In this document: one piece after another, positions 10,215 to 20,089 of the stretch
Numbering within the stretch: the stretch's first letter is position 1
Layout of the letters: each line of letters begins with the position of its first letter
Assembly: GCA_003518105.1 (NCBI GenBank)
Contig: DOZH01000012.1
Span: 1-48,600, forward strand
Direction of reading: 5' to 3'
Length of the DNA stretch: 48,600 nucleotides
DNA from: Candidatus Uhrbacteria bacterium
GTDB taxonomy: Bacteria > Patescibacteriota > Patescibacteriia > UBA9934
Made by a program: the position numbers and the translations under genes
The notes under the pieces: generated by a model
What the model saw: only the letters and a program-made list of their open reading frames with translations
Database searches by the model: none
What the model was told of the DNA's origin: nothing

Positions 10215-10247
10215 ATGATGATATCATATCTTAGTAGTCGCCAGAAA

Positions 10248-10616
10248 TCAACCATTGCCAAACACCGCCTCGAGATTATGGCCGTTCGGGTCAATGATGA
10301 AGCCAGCGAAGTAAGTGGCGTGATACTCAGAGCGGAGACCAGGGACGCCGTTGTCCGTACCGCCAGCCTGGAGAGCGGCGGCATGAAAGGCAGTTACGGC
10401 GGCGGCGGATTCAGCGGTAAAGGCGAGGTGGAGGTTGGTTGATTGAGGGTGTGTCGCGTCGGCCTGGCTGAGCCAGAAGATTGGCCGGTCGACACCAAGG
10501 CCGCAGTAACCGTCAGCGGTAAAGAGACAGGTGAGGCCGAGTGGCGCGAGGGCGGTGGTGTAGAATGTTTTGGACGCAGCCAGATTGGCGACGTTGATGG
10601 TTAGGTGGTTGAGCAT
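10248..10616 (-). CDS. VOC/glyoxalase family protein
   Basis: MLNHLTINV..FY..ALAPLG, HLAF, GGTDNG.PG.R, DPNGHNLEAV; true start 10616. Confidence 0.93.
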   Translation of the reverse strand: MLNHLTINVANLAASKTFYTTALAPLGLTCLFTADGYCGLGVDRPIFWLSQADATHPQSTNLHLAFTAESAAAVTAFHAAALQAGGTDNGVPGLRSEYHATYFAGFIIDPNGHNLEAVFGNG

Positions 10617-10638
10617 AGTGAGACAGTTCAAGGGTTGA

Positions 10639-11235
10639 CTAATAAATGTTGGCCGATGTGCCGCGTAAGGAAGAATCGTCGGCAATGGAGATCGGGCGCA
10701 GGTTGTCACCGTCGACGAGAATGCGAAAGCCGTCGCATGGTTGCAGTTGTGGGAGGGTGATGCCAAAGAGGCCGTAAGCAATGAGTTCCAAGGAGGGGCT
10801 GTGGTGGACGACAAGGACTTGGGCATCGGCGGGTAAGGAGTTGAGCCAGAGGCGTAATTGAGCAGTGGCATTGCTGGCGATGTGCTCCGCTTCGACCGAA
10901 TCCTGTTCCATGATAGCAGTCATCATGTCCTCGCCATTTAATTCGGCCTGATAGCAAACACCATGCCAAAGTTGTAGGGCATTGTCAGTGCCGAAGACGT
11001 CGGGATCGGTGAGGAATCTGCCTATTTCAGTCACAGTAAAATCTCCAGCGCCCTCGGCAAAGGCAAGCATGGTGTCAGTTGTTCGCTGCAATGAACTTAC
11101 TAACAAATGCGTAAAGCCTCTGCCGCGCAAGGCTGTGGCTCCAACTAGCCTAGCGAGTTCGAGACCCTCTGCGCTGAGATTAGAGTCCCCTGGACCAGAT
11201 TTTATTGAGTGTCGACGGAGTTCGATGGTTTTCAT
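10639..11235 (-). CDS. Histidine phosphatase superfamily protein
   Basis: LRRHS, LS.EG, SSLQRT..T, VLVVHH; start 11235. Confidence 0.8.
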   Translation of the reverse strand: MKTIELRRHSIKSGPGDSNLSAEGLELARLVGATALRGRGFTHLLVSSLQRTTDTMLAFAEGAGDFTVTEIGRFLTDPDVFGTDNALQLWHGVCYQAELNGEDMMTAIMEQDSVEAEHIASNATAQLRLWLNSLPADAQVLVVHHSPSLELIAYGLFGITLPQLQPCDGFRILVDGDNLRPISIADDSSLRGTSANIY

Positions 11236-11381
11236 ATTGAACAGTCTATCATCAACGCTTATTGTCAACCAACACTTAGTGTTAAGAACTGCCTTCAACC
11301 TACAAATGATACTCAATTGACGACTGACGTCGGTTACAACATACTTTAGACAGCGAGATTTGTTCAAATTATTGTAAAATT

Positions 11382-12053
11382 ATGATAAGTGAAGTAGCTC
11401 ATGGTCGTAGGAGGATTGGTTTATTTGCTGCTGGGATTTGTGGTGTGGCTGTGCTGATAATTATCTTAATTGCGGTAATAACTAAGGATAACGAGCCGGT
11501 GACTATAATCACAACGCAGCCAGTTATCAGTAATGGTGCAGAGGAACGAAACTTAAATAATTTTAAAAATCTCATCAATAATAATTTTCCATATTCTGCA
11601 ACAACTGATAATTTCAAAATGGTCTTCCCTGCTCAGCCGACAAAATCTAGCGACAGTACCTACAGTGAAGCACTCGGAGGCAATATCAAGATGGCCACGT
11701 ATTATTCGCAATACGAAGATGTGTCATATGCTGTTATAGTTTATGACTATGATTCACCTAAAATAAGTGAGTCCAACCCTGATTTTGATGTCCAAGTTGC
11801 CTTAGAAGGCGCAATAAATGGTATGGTCAATTCTTGTAGGTCCGGAGAAGTCCTAGCGCAAATAGCGACGAAAGTTGATGGTAAGGATGCGCTGGATTTT
11901 ACAGTTGGCTGTGATGGTGAATATTTCCAGGGCTTTGTCGTTTTTAATGATGTTAAGCTTTACCTGGCCATGGTTGACTATACAAATGAGAATCGACCAG
12001 ATATAGCTAAAATTGATGATTACCTTGGATCATTTAGTTTTATTACAAGATAG
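11382..12053 (+). CDS. AT-rich membrane-anchored exported hypothetical protein
   Basis: N-terminal basic residues plus TM; lower GC than flanks. Confidence 0.75.
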   Translation: MISEVAHGRRRIGLFAAGICGVAVLIIILIAVITKDNEPVTIITTQPVISNGAEERNLNNFKNLINNNFPYSATTDNFKMVFPAQPTKSSDSTYSEALGGNIKMATYYSQYEDVSYAVIVYDYDSPKISESNPDFDVQVALEGAINGMVNSCRSGEVLAQIATKVDGKDALDFTVGCDGEYFQGFVVFNDVKLYLAMVDYTNENRPDIAKIDDYLGSFSFITR

Positions 12054-12061
12054 ATCAACTC

Positions 12062-12682
12062 TTAGTGTTGAGCTTGAAGTAATCGAATTATCTCGTTGTT
12101 CTCTGCCTCGAAAGCGCCACGTCTGATGATGTAAGGAATGCGATATTTATCACATTCTGCTGTTAGCCACTGACTGTATCTGATGACAAAGGCGGCGACT
12201 GATTGGAAGGTTTCGTCGGAGGCACCAGCGAGCCAGTCATGGTGGCTGGTGTTTTGGCGCATTGCTTGGAGTTGAATGGGCTCGTCGTCACTTAAGATAA
12301 ATACAACTCTAATTTGATCTTTAGTCGCAGGGTCGTCGAGAAGAGTGCGAACGTGCTGAGGTAAAATGTGAACTCCTTCGAGGATTTGATTGTCGTTGAC
12401 GCCGACTTGGTGACGAATGAGAGAATCAATGGCAATCTGCAACGAATTTGCTTCGGTAATTTGCCAGTCGACCTTCTGCTGAATTTCGATTTCAGATAGT
12501 TGATCGACATTCGTGAAGCCTTTGTAAGGGAATTTCTCTGCTCGTTCACTAATTGGCGTCAGGTTGTGGACAACGGTCGATAAGGCGTCGGTGGATAGCC
12601 AAGGAACAGATAACTCACGCATGAGTATACTAGAAACAATGCTTTTGCCAGTTCTGGGCGCGCCGCCGATGAGGTAAATCAT
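12062..12682 (-). CDS. P-loop kinase (2-phosphoglycerate kinase-like)
   Basis: LIGGAPRTGKS Walker A, LSTD, ILEGVHILP. Confidence 0.8.
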   Translation of the reverse strand: MIYLIGGAPRTGKSIVSSILMRELSVPWLSTDALSTVVHNLTPISERAEKFPYKGFTNVDQLSEIEIQQKVDWQITEANSLQIAIDSLIRHQVGVNDNQILEGVHILPQHVRTLLDDPATKDQIRVVFILSDDEPIQLQAMRQNTSHHDWLAGASDETFQSVAAFVIRYSQWLTAECDKYRIPYIIRRGAFEAENNEIIRLLQAQH

Positions 12683-12741
12683 AGTGATGATAGTGTAGCA
12701 GGTCGACGTGATGGTTTCCATGGTGCTAGAATGCTCTTCAT

Positions 12742-13263
12742 ATGGGAATAGCTGACTATAAAGATAGAAAATACGAGATTGTTAAGCACGATGCTACCTG
12801 GCCAGAGAAATTTGCTGCCGAGGCTGAGGTGGTAAAAGATGTCTTCAGCGATATGGCTTTGGCGATTGAGCATATTGGGAGTACGGCAGTGCCTGGATTG
12901 GCTGGCAAGCCAACGATTGATATTTTGGTGTTGGTTAATAATGTGGTAGTGGCTGATGAGCTGACTGAGAAGATGGTAAAAGTGGGATATGTGGCGCTCG
13001 GAGAATATGTGATGCCTAGTACTCGACTATTCGCTAAAGATAAAGATGGCCACCGAATAGTTAATGTGCATGTTTTCGAGAAAGACCACCCCCACATCAA
13101 AGAAATGCTTGGCCTGCGTGATTATTTGCGTGTTCACCCTGAGGTGGTGGCCGAGTATAGTCAGTTGAAATTTGATTTAGCTGATAGTTATCCTGATGAT
13201 TATGGGAGCTATCGGAAGTATAAAGATGCTTTTGTTGATGATTTGATGCAGAAGCTAAAATAA
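12742..13263 (+). CDS. GrpB family (UPF0157) protein
   Basis: IEHIGSTAVPGLAGKPTIDI, LRDYLR.HP, YS.LK. Confidence 0.93.
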   Translation: MGIADYKDRKYEIVKHDATWPEKFAAEAEVVKDVFSDMALAIEHIGSTAVPGLAGKPTIDILVLVNNVVVADELTEKMVKVGYVALGEYVMPSTRLFAKDKDGHRIVNVHVFEKDHPHIKEMLGLRDYLRVHPEVVAEYSQLKFDLADSYPDDYGSYRKYKDAFVDDLMQKLK

Positions 13264-13281
13264 GCTACACTCTGATTAAAT

Positions 13282-13509
13282 ATGACTTCTACTATTACCC
13301 TCAATAATTTGCGGCAAAATGCTGTTAAAGTCGCGCGGCGAGTTGGCCGTGGGGATAGTTTCATTGTAACAAGGCGAGCTAAACCTTTGTTTAAGCTCAG
13401 CTCGATTAATGAGGAAGAGGAAAAATGGGAGACGGTTATTGATTTTACTAAAATAAGAAAAGGTGGGGTGCCAGCAAAGGAGGTCTTGCAAATGTTGCGA
13501 TCGGCTTAG
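13282..13509 (+). CDS. Phd/YefM-family antitoxin
   Basis: ITLNNLRQN..VGRGDSFIVTRRAKPLFKL pattern. Confidence 0.85.
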   Translation: MTSTITLNNLRQNAVKVARRVGRGDSFIVTRRAKPLFKLSSINEEEEKWETVIDFTKIRKGGVPAKEVLQMLRSA

Positions 13510-13512
13510 GCT

Positions 13513-13761
13513 ATGGTCAATCCGATGCAGAAACTGCTGAGAAAGTCGTCTAGTAAGGATAAACAGATGTTGGATGAGGCACTTGAGAGAATAGAGAAGA
13601 ACGATTTGTTGGGACTGGATGTTATAAAACTGACTGGTACAAAGAATCTTTTTAGAGTGAGGAGGGGTAATTTTAGGATTAAATTTACCAGAGACGAGAA
13701 CGGAGTGAACAAAGTATTGAGCATCGATCGGCGATCTGAGAGTACATACAGGGATATTTAA
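13513..13761 (+). CDS. RelE-family toxin
   Basis: IKLTG..NLFRVRRGNFRI.F..IDRRSESTY; 3 nt after the antitoxin. Confidence 0.85.
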   Translation: MVNPMQKLLRKSSSKDKQMLDEALERIEKNDLLGLDVIKLTGTKNLFRVRRGNFRIKFTRDENGVNKVLSIDRRSESTYRDI

Positions 13762-13873
13762 ACGGAGCTAATTATCCGTAACCCTTAGTGTCGACCAACA
13801 CTGGGTGTTGATGATGAAGAAAAGGAAACACCGCCCCGCGAAGGACCTCACGGGGAGGCGTTTCGCAGGGCGG

Positions 13874-14330
13874 CTAGGAACGAGGAGGAGATGTGGGAGG
13901 GGCGTAGGTGTGGGTGGCGTTGCCGTGACAGCGGTCGATGATGGTGGCCGTCCAGTCCTCCCCTACTGGCAGATAGATACGCAAGGTTTTCTGGAGTGCG
14001 TGGAGAAGGGTGTGACGCTCATCGATGTCGTCACTCCCCCCCGCTCATATCGTTGAACAGGAGGTTCTCGATAGTGATGATGGCGGTGGGAGGATTGCCG
14101 CCTCCGGCCTGACGCTCCTCACCGAAGATGGTGACGACCGGGTAGTCTCCTCGGCAGCCATAGCACTGGTTCAGCGCAACTGCGTGACGCATGGCATTGC
14201 GAACGAGGCGACGCCACTCTTCGGTGATAATCCGTTCAGGGGTGAGTCTGCCACCTGGCCGCCCTTGAACTGCATTACGGCTGGTGTTGTCGATGCGGAT
14301 GACGATGGGGTTGAGGTTGGGGTCGGGCAT
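13874..14330 (-). pseudogene. Orphan gene interrupted by a 1-nt frameshift in a G7 run (14036-14042)
   Basis: Promoter TAGACA-17-TAAGCT and AGGAG SD; ORF stops at 14031, but removing one G continues it to TAG at 13874, just before the hairpin at 13830-13860. Confidence 0.6.
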
Positions 14331-14463
14331 TAGCTCTCCTGGTTGGGCGGTGCCAGCTTAACGAGTTTAGAGTTTTTTGTCTATAACTAGGCAGATAATT
14401 GACTTTGACTTTTGGGGTGTTTTCAGGCAAAATTGACGAGCTGTAAGATGTTTATATTTGCCT

Positions 14464-16314
14464 ATGAAACCGTTATCTAAGAATATTATCGTAGCGTTAT
14501 TGGTGGTGCTGGCACTAGGTGTCATATTTTCCACTTATGACATGGGTGGTAAAAAAGCTCCGGAAACGATTGGGATTAGCGCCTTGGTGACCAAAATTGA
14601 AGCTGGTGAGGTGAAGAGTATTGATGTCGAAGAGAATGCACTGACGATTACAGGGAAAGATGATACGGAGTTTTTAGCGAACAAAGAAAGTGCGCAGTCG
14701 TTGAACGAGATCTTGACTGGTTATGGCGTCACGGCCGAGCAGTTAAAGGCGGTGAGTATTGAGGTGAAGGAGCCGAGTGCGTTGACATCACTACTCCGTA
14801 ATTTGTTGCCGACATTGCTCTTCGTGCTGATTTTCGGCGCGGTGCTGTTTTTCTTCCTGCGTCAGATGCAAGGCGCTAATAGTAAGGCGATGACGTTTGG
14901 TCAGGCGAACGTGAAGGAATCCACCAACAAGAAGAACCGCGTGACATTTGCGGAAGTTGCTGGCGCCACTGAGGCCAAGGAAGAGTTAGGCGAGATTGTG
15001 GAGTTCTTGAAGACGCCAAAAAAGTTCGCGGACTTGGGTGCCAAGATTCCTAAGGGCGTGTTGCTGATGGGCCCGCCAGGAACGGGTAAGACGCTCATGG
15101 CTCGTGCTGTCAGCGGCGAGGCGAACGTGCCATTCTTCCATATTTCGGGAAGTGAGTTCGTCGAGATGTTTGTGGGTGTGGGTGCTAGCCGCGTGCGTGA
15201 TTTGTTTGCCAGAGCCAAGAAGGCCGCACCATGCATTGTGTTTATTGACGAAATTGATGCCGTGGGACGTCAGCGTGGTAGCGGTACGGGTGGTGGTCAC
15301 GACGAACGTGAGCAGACACTCAACCAGATCTTGGTCGAGATGGACGGCTTTGAGCCAAACTTGGGCGTGATTGTGATGGCGGCGACTAACCGTCCAGATG
15401 TACTCGATGCGGCGTTGTTACGACCAGGTCGCTTTGACCGCCGAGTAACGCTCGACCGACCTGATTTGAAAGAACGGGAGGCGATCCTGAAGATTCATGC
15501 GGTGAGTAAGCCATTAGCAGCGGACGTCGACCTTAAACGGATTGCAGAACGGACGCCAGGTATGGCTGGTGCTGACCTCATGAACATCATGAACGAGGCG
15601 GCAATTTTGGCGGCGCGGGCTGACAAGAAAGAAACGTCGCAAAAAGAATTGCTCGACGCCATTGAGAAAGTCATGCTAGGACCAGAACGCAAGAGCCACA
15701 TTTTGGGCGACGAAGAACGTTTGGTGACAGCCTACCACGAGGCTGGCCACGCCGTGGTTGGTCACCTACTCCCCTTCTGTGATGATGTGCACAAAGTGTC
15801 CATTATTGCCCGTGGTCGGGCGGCTGGTTACACCATGAGTATTCCGGACGAGGACCGCAAGATGCATTCACGTAATGAGTTCTATGACGACTTAGCTATG
15901 ACGCTCGGTGGTTACGTGGCCGAGCAAGAAATTTTCGGCGACTTCACGACGGGCGCTAGCAACGACTTGCAGAAGGCGACGGCCATGGCTCGTGAACTTG
16001 TGACCCAGTTCGGCATGAGTGAGTTACTTGGCCCACGAACGTATGGCAGCGACGACGATAGGCCAATGTTTGGTCGGGCCGAGGCTCGAGATTATTCCGA
16101 GAAGATTGCGGAACAGATTGATAGCGAAATGAACCGTGTGTTGGCTGACGCTTTGCAGAAAGCGCGCGAAATTGTGCAGAAACATCGTAGTGAATTAGAC
16201 AAGATTGTAAATGAGTTACTAACGAAGGAAACGATTGAAAAAGAAGCGTTTGAAACTTTACTTGGTCCTTCAATCAAGCGACCAAAGGTGACGGTGCAAC
16301 CAGTGAACGTATAA
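14464..16314 (+). CDS. ftsH: ATP-dependent zinc metalloprotease FtsH
   Basis: Two TMs, [25 protein letters not shown]. Confidence 0.99.
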   Translation: MKPLSKNIIVALLVVLALGVIFSTYDMGGKKAPETIGISALVTKIEAGEVKSIDVEENALTITGKDDTEFLANKESAQSLNEILTGYGVTAEQLKAVSIEVKEPSALTSLLRNLLPTLLFVLIFGAVLFFFLRQMQGANSKAMTFGQANVKESTNKKNRVTFAEVAGATEAKEELGEIVEFLKTPKKFADLGAKIPKGVLLMGPPGTGKTLMARAVSGEANVPFFHISGSEFVEMFVGVGASRVRDLFARAKKAAPCIVFIDEIDAVGRQRGSGTGGGHDEREQTLNQILVEMDGFEPNLGVIVMAATNRPDVLDAALLRPGRFDRRVTLDRPDLKEREAILKIHAVSKPLAADVDLKRIAERTPGMAGADLMNIMNEAAILAARADKKETSQKELLDAIEKVMLGPERKSHILGDEERLVTAYHEAGHAVVGHLLPFCDDVHKVSIIARGRAAGYTMSIPDEDRKMHSRNEFYDDLAMTLGGYVAEQEIFGDFTTGASNDLQKATAMARELVTQFGMSELLGPRTYGSDDDRPMFGRAEARDYSEKIAEQIDSEMNRVLADALQKAREIVQKHRSELDKIVNELLTKETIEKEAFETLLGPSIKRPKVTVQPVNV

Positions 16315-16315
16315 C

Positions 16316-16360
16316 AAAAATCCTCTCCTGGACGCTTGCTCGTGTCCAGGAGAGATTTTT
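16316..16360 (+). terminator. ftsH terminator
   Basis: tctcctggac ... gtccaggaga followed by TTTTT. Confidence 0.8.
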
Positions 16361-16412
16361 ATTTCTGGCTCGTAAATATTTTGTGCTATACTGTAAATAA
16401 TCTTGGAGGATT

Positions 16413-17408
16413 ATGAAACCATATTCATCTGTTTACCGTCCATTACTTTTAAGAGCGCTGAAAAGTGCTTGGCAGCATAAAATGTTGTGGGTTTTTGCTT
16501 TTTTGGCTGGAATTATTCAGACTGGGGCAATCACCAACGATGTTTTGCGTTTAACGCCACAAATTGGTGGCCAAGCGTTGTCCTGGGCCACACTGAAAGC
16601 GTCATTCGAAACCTTCTCGTACCGACAGAGTTTTTTCCACGCTTTTTTTGGAAGTACCGATCAACAAACTATCACGGCAATTGTAGCAGCAACAGTCTGT
16701 GCTGTTTTGCTGGCAATTATAATTTTGACTGCGCAGCACTTGGTGTTGCTCCATATCCATCGCACCGCAAAGAAAAAAAAGCAGCCGGGCTTCTGGGCTA
16801 CCTTAAAGTCTATCCGAGGCGCTCATTTGAGCCGATTATTTGCGGTGAATGCGCTTAGTCGTTTGAGTTTAGCGATTCTCTTACTGCTTGGCACCTTGGC
16901 GATTAGGAGCCTGCTCTTGAATACACCAAATTTTGTACACCTTTACGTTAGTCTCGGCATCTTCTTAATTATTATTCCGGCAGCTTTTGCGATAAATGCG
17001 ACAACCATGCTGACGTTACTGCACGTAGTACGAGAAAATGATGCGCTCCCCTATGCTTTTCAAAGGGCAACGACATTTCTGCATAAACATTGGTTAGCTG
17101 TACTTGAGTTCTCGATTGTTTTGTTCGCGATCAACTTCCTATTCAGCTTGTTCTTGTTGGGTGGCGCTTACCTCTTAGCTCTGGTTTTCCTGACGTTGTC
17201 GGCGGTTAGTGCTAGCGCAATTATTGCTGTGCTACTAACTCTACTAGCTTCTAGCTTCATTATTCTGCTTTTCTTCGTGTTGTTTGATGGCTTCATGGTA
17301 AGCTTTAACTATGCAGCTTGGAGTGAATTCTTGGAAAGGTTTGAGAAATCACCAGTACATCCACGCAGTGAACATCTTGCCCACCACCTGCGCAAACGTC
17401 TTACTTAG
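16413..17408 (+). CDS. Multi-pass membrane hypothetical protein
   Basis: About 6-7 hydrophobic segments; GGAGG SD; TATACT upstream. Confidence 0.8.
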   Translation: MKPYSSVYRPLLLRALKSAWQHKMLWVFAFLAGIIQTGAITNDVLRLTPQIGGQALSWATLKASFETFSYRQSFFHAFFGSTDQQTITAIVAATVCAVLLAIIILTAQHLVLLHIHRTAKKKKQPGFWATLKSIRGAHLSRLFAVNALSRLSLAILLLLGTLAIRSLLLNTPNFVHLYVSLGIFLIIIPAAFAINATTMLTLLHVVRENDALPYAFQRATTFLHKHWLAVLEFSIVLFAINFLFSLFLLGGAYLLALVFLTLSAVSASAIIAVLLTLLASSFIILLFFVLFDGFMVSFNYAAWSEFLERFEKSPVHPRSEHLAHHLRKRLT

Positions 17409-17423
17409 CGCTAATCCCCTGTC

Positions 17424-19259
17424 ATGCCTGGCAATCTGCCATCAATCGCCGATCTTCTCAAAAGGAGAAAAGAGGCTCAAGCAGCCCCAGTCACCGCGGT
17501 CGATGAGACGGCTCAGGTTGAGGTTGAAACAAGGGCGGTAGAGGCAGTTGCGGAACCGCTGGTCGACGTACCAGTAGAGCAAAAAATTTCTGGCGATACG
17601 GAGGTGCAAGGAGCCTTGGTGGAAAAGATGGGGGTGATTAAGTTGCGCGAGAAGGAGGAGGAGACAGCCCGGTTGGCGGCCAGCATTGGCGTGCCATATA
17701 TCAATTTGAAGGGCTTCCCCATTTCACCAGAAGCGATTGTGCTCTTGAGTGAAGAACAGGCGGCGCAGATGAAAGCGATTTGTTTCTTGTCGACGGGGGC
17801 TGAGTTACGACTGGGTGCTGTTGACCCGAAAGCACAAGATATTGTGGACTTGGCCTACGACTTGGGCGAACGGCATAAAACAAATGCGGTAGTTTACGCG
17901 ATTTCTGAAGAGAGTTTCAAACAGGGCTTGCGGCTCTACGCCATGCTGCCAAAGATTACGATTGCGGTGAAAGGCGTGCAGATCACGGAGGCCGATTTAG
18001 CCAAATACCAAGACCAGATGAAAGATGTGGTGGCGATTGCCGAGATTTTGAACAAGGCGAATGTGACCGACGTGTTGGCGGTGATTATTGCGGCCAGCGT
18101 GCAGCTTGGGTCTTCTGACGTCCACATTGAGGCTGAGGAGACGGGTATTGTGGTGCGTTTCCGCGTGGACGGCATGTTGCAGGAGATTGCTAAACTGGAA
18201 CCGGCAAAATGGCAAAAGATTATTAACCGCATTAAGCTGATTGCTAGCTTGAAGTTAAATATTTCTGACCAGGCCCAGGACGGTCGCTTTACGATTTTCC
18301 AAAAGAACAAAGAAATTGATGTGCGTACCAGCACTATCCCGACAGCTTACGGCGAGTCCGTGGTGATGCGTTTACTTAACCCTGATTCTATTTCCCTAGC
18401 GTTTGAGGAGCTGGGTTTCCGCGCACCGATGCTGAAGAAACTCAACCACGAGATTGAGAAGCCAAACGGCATGATCATTACGACTGGTCCGACAGGTAGC
18501 GGTAAGACGACGACGCTGTACGCTATTCTTAAACGATTGAATACGAAGGACGTGAAGATTATTACGCTTGAAGATCCGGTTGAGTATAAGGTAGAAGGCT
18601 TGAACCAGAGTCAGATTGATACGAGTAAAGACTATACTTTTGCTAAGGGCTTGCGGTCCATTCTGCGCCAGGACCCAGATATTGTGATGGTTGGCGAAAT
18701 CCGTGACATCGAGACAGCCGAGATTGCCATTCAAGCGTCGCTGACCGGTCACCTCATGTTGTCGACAATCCATACTAACGATGCGGCTGGCGCGATTCCC
18801 CGTTTCCTCTCCATGGGCGTCAAGCCGTACCTGTTGGCACCAGCCATGAACGCGATCATGGGTCAGCGGTTGCTGCGTAAGTTGTGTCAGGCCTGTAAGA
18901 AAGAGATTGTGGTTGATACGGACACAATGATTGACGTGAAGAAGCTGGTTGACGCCTTGCCTGAAAACTCGGGCGAGGTGAAGCCGGACTTGGCGACGAC
19001 GAAGTTCTACGGGCCAGTTGGTTGTGAAAAATGTAATAATTCCGGGTACAGGGGCCGAATTGGAGCTTATGAGCTTTTGGTGCGTGATGCCGAGCTTGAG
19101 AAAATGATTACAGAAAGCAGCTCAATTACGGAATACCAGATGCGGGAGGTGGCGACCAGACAAGGCATGGTGAGTATGGCTCAGGACGGCGTGCTGAAGG
19201 CGGTAGATGGGGTAACGGCGCTTGAAGAGGTGAAGCGAATAGTTGGCTTAAGTCGCTAA
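17424..19259 (+). CDS. pilB: GspE/PilB-family type IV pilus assembly ATPase
   Basis: SDVHIE, QDGRF, GPTGSGKTTTLY, LEDPVEY, LRQDPD..VGEIRD, STIHTND, CxxC..CxxC. Confidence 0.93.
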   Translation: MPGNLPSIADLLKRRKEAQAAPVTAVDETAQVEVETRAVEAVAEPLVDVPVEQKISGDTEVQGALVEKMGVIKLREKEEETARLAASIGVPYINLKGFPISPEAIVLLSEEQAAQMKAICFLSTGAELRLGAVDPKAQDIVDLAYDLGERHKTNAVVYAISEESFKQGLRLYAMLPKITIAVKGVQITEADLAKYQDQMKDVVAIAEILNKANVTDVLAVIIAASVQLGSSDVHIEAEETGIVVRFRVDGMLQEIAKLEPAKWQKIINRIKLIASLKLNISDQAQDGRFTIFQKNKEIDVRTSTIPTAYGESVVMRLLNPDSISLAFEELGFRAPMLKKLNHEIEKPNGMIITTGPTGSGKTTTLYAILKRLNTKDVKIITLEDPVEYKVEGLNQSQIDTSKDYTFAKGLRSILRQDPDIVMVGEIRDIETAEIAIQASLTGHLMLSTIHTNDAAGAIPRFLSMGVKPYLLAPAMNAIMGQRLLRKLCQACKKEIVVDTDTMIDVKKLVDALPENSGEVKPDLATTKFYGPVGCEKCNNSGYRGRIGAYELLVRDAELEKMITESSSITEYQMREVATRQGMVSMAQDGVLKAVDGVTALEEVKRIVGLSR

Positions 19260-19388
19260 TATTAGCAAAGTTTTAGCGAAAATGACTTGACAAATGGGTC
19301 ATTTTTTGCTATTATAGAGGGTCGGGTAGCAAGGTGCTGCCCGGTCAATCCCCCACCTGAACCGGCCCTAAGGCCTTTTGGAGAGTTC

Positions 19389-19955
19389 ATGTCCTCATCA
19401 ACCGCAACCACCGCCCCGACCACCCTGCCCGGCCGCTTCTGGGCCTGGTGCAAGGAGTTCGTCACCGTCTGGTGGAACCTCCTGAAGGTCGCCTGGCCGA
19501 CCTTGATCGCGATCTTAATCTGCATCCACTACGCAAATTACGGTGGAGTGATCCGGTTCGTCTTCCCGAGCAATTGGGCGGAGGTGCTGTTCACGCTGAT
19601 CGGCAGCGTGATCACACGGATCTGGCACACGCCGGGCTGGTGGTTCATTGTGGCCTGTCTGAACCTGGCCGCGGTGAAGTCATTTGGCGCCTCGGCTAGC
19701 CATGATAGCCATGGTCATGCGGCCGGCGGACACGGACACCCGGTCAAGAAGAGCTGGTGGGCAACCCATGGTGCACAGGTGAAGACCTGGATCAAGTACT
19801 GGCTACCTACCCTGGTGACCATCGCCCTACTGGCGGCTGCGTACGTCCTGGGCTACCTGCCGATCGGCTTCCGGATGTTGCGGATCTTCTGGTTCGTGGC
19901 GTTCTGGAATGCCTGCGGAATCTGGTGGTGGATCGTGCGCCACAGCGGCCACTAA
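19389..19955 (+). CDS. Orphan Trp-rich membrane protein with His-rich linker
   Basis: Promoter TTGACA-17-TATTAT (19287-19315), GGAG SD before ATG 19389, hairpins at 19981-20050. Confidence 0.8.
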   Translation: MSSSTATTAPTTLPGRFWAWCKEFVTVWWNLLKVAWPTLIAILICIHYANYGGVIRFVFPSNWAEVLFTLIGSVITRIWHTPGWWFIVACLNLAAVKSFGASASHDSHGHAAGGHGHPVKKSWWATHGAQVKTWIKYWLPTLVTIALLAAAYVLGYLPIGFRMLRIFWFVAFWNACGIWWWIVRHSGH

Positions 19956-20089
19956 GTCGTCGGCGCTCTCGAGCGTCACGCGGGAGAAGCTCATCGTATC
20001 GAGCTTCTCCCCAATCCATAACGCCTCGTATCGTTGATACGGGGCTTTGTGTTTGTCGGAGAAGTCAAAGTCCTATACAGTACCGCTAT

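Noticed and set aside
19757-20089. Long N-terminal extension of RsmE in the ORF track (similar cases for VOC, ClpP, SufS, SufD, TsaD and 45758)
   Set aside because: The extensions overlap other genes or terminators, and family motifs begin at the downstream ATG.
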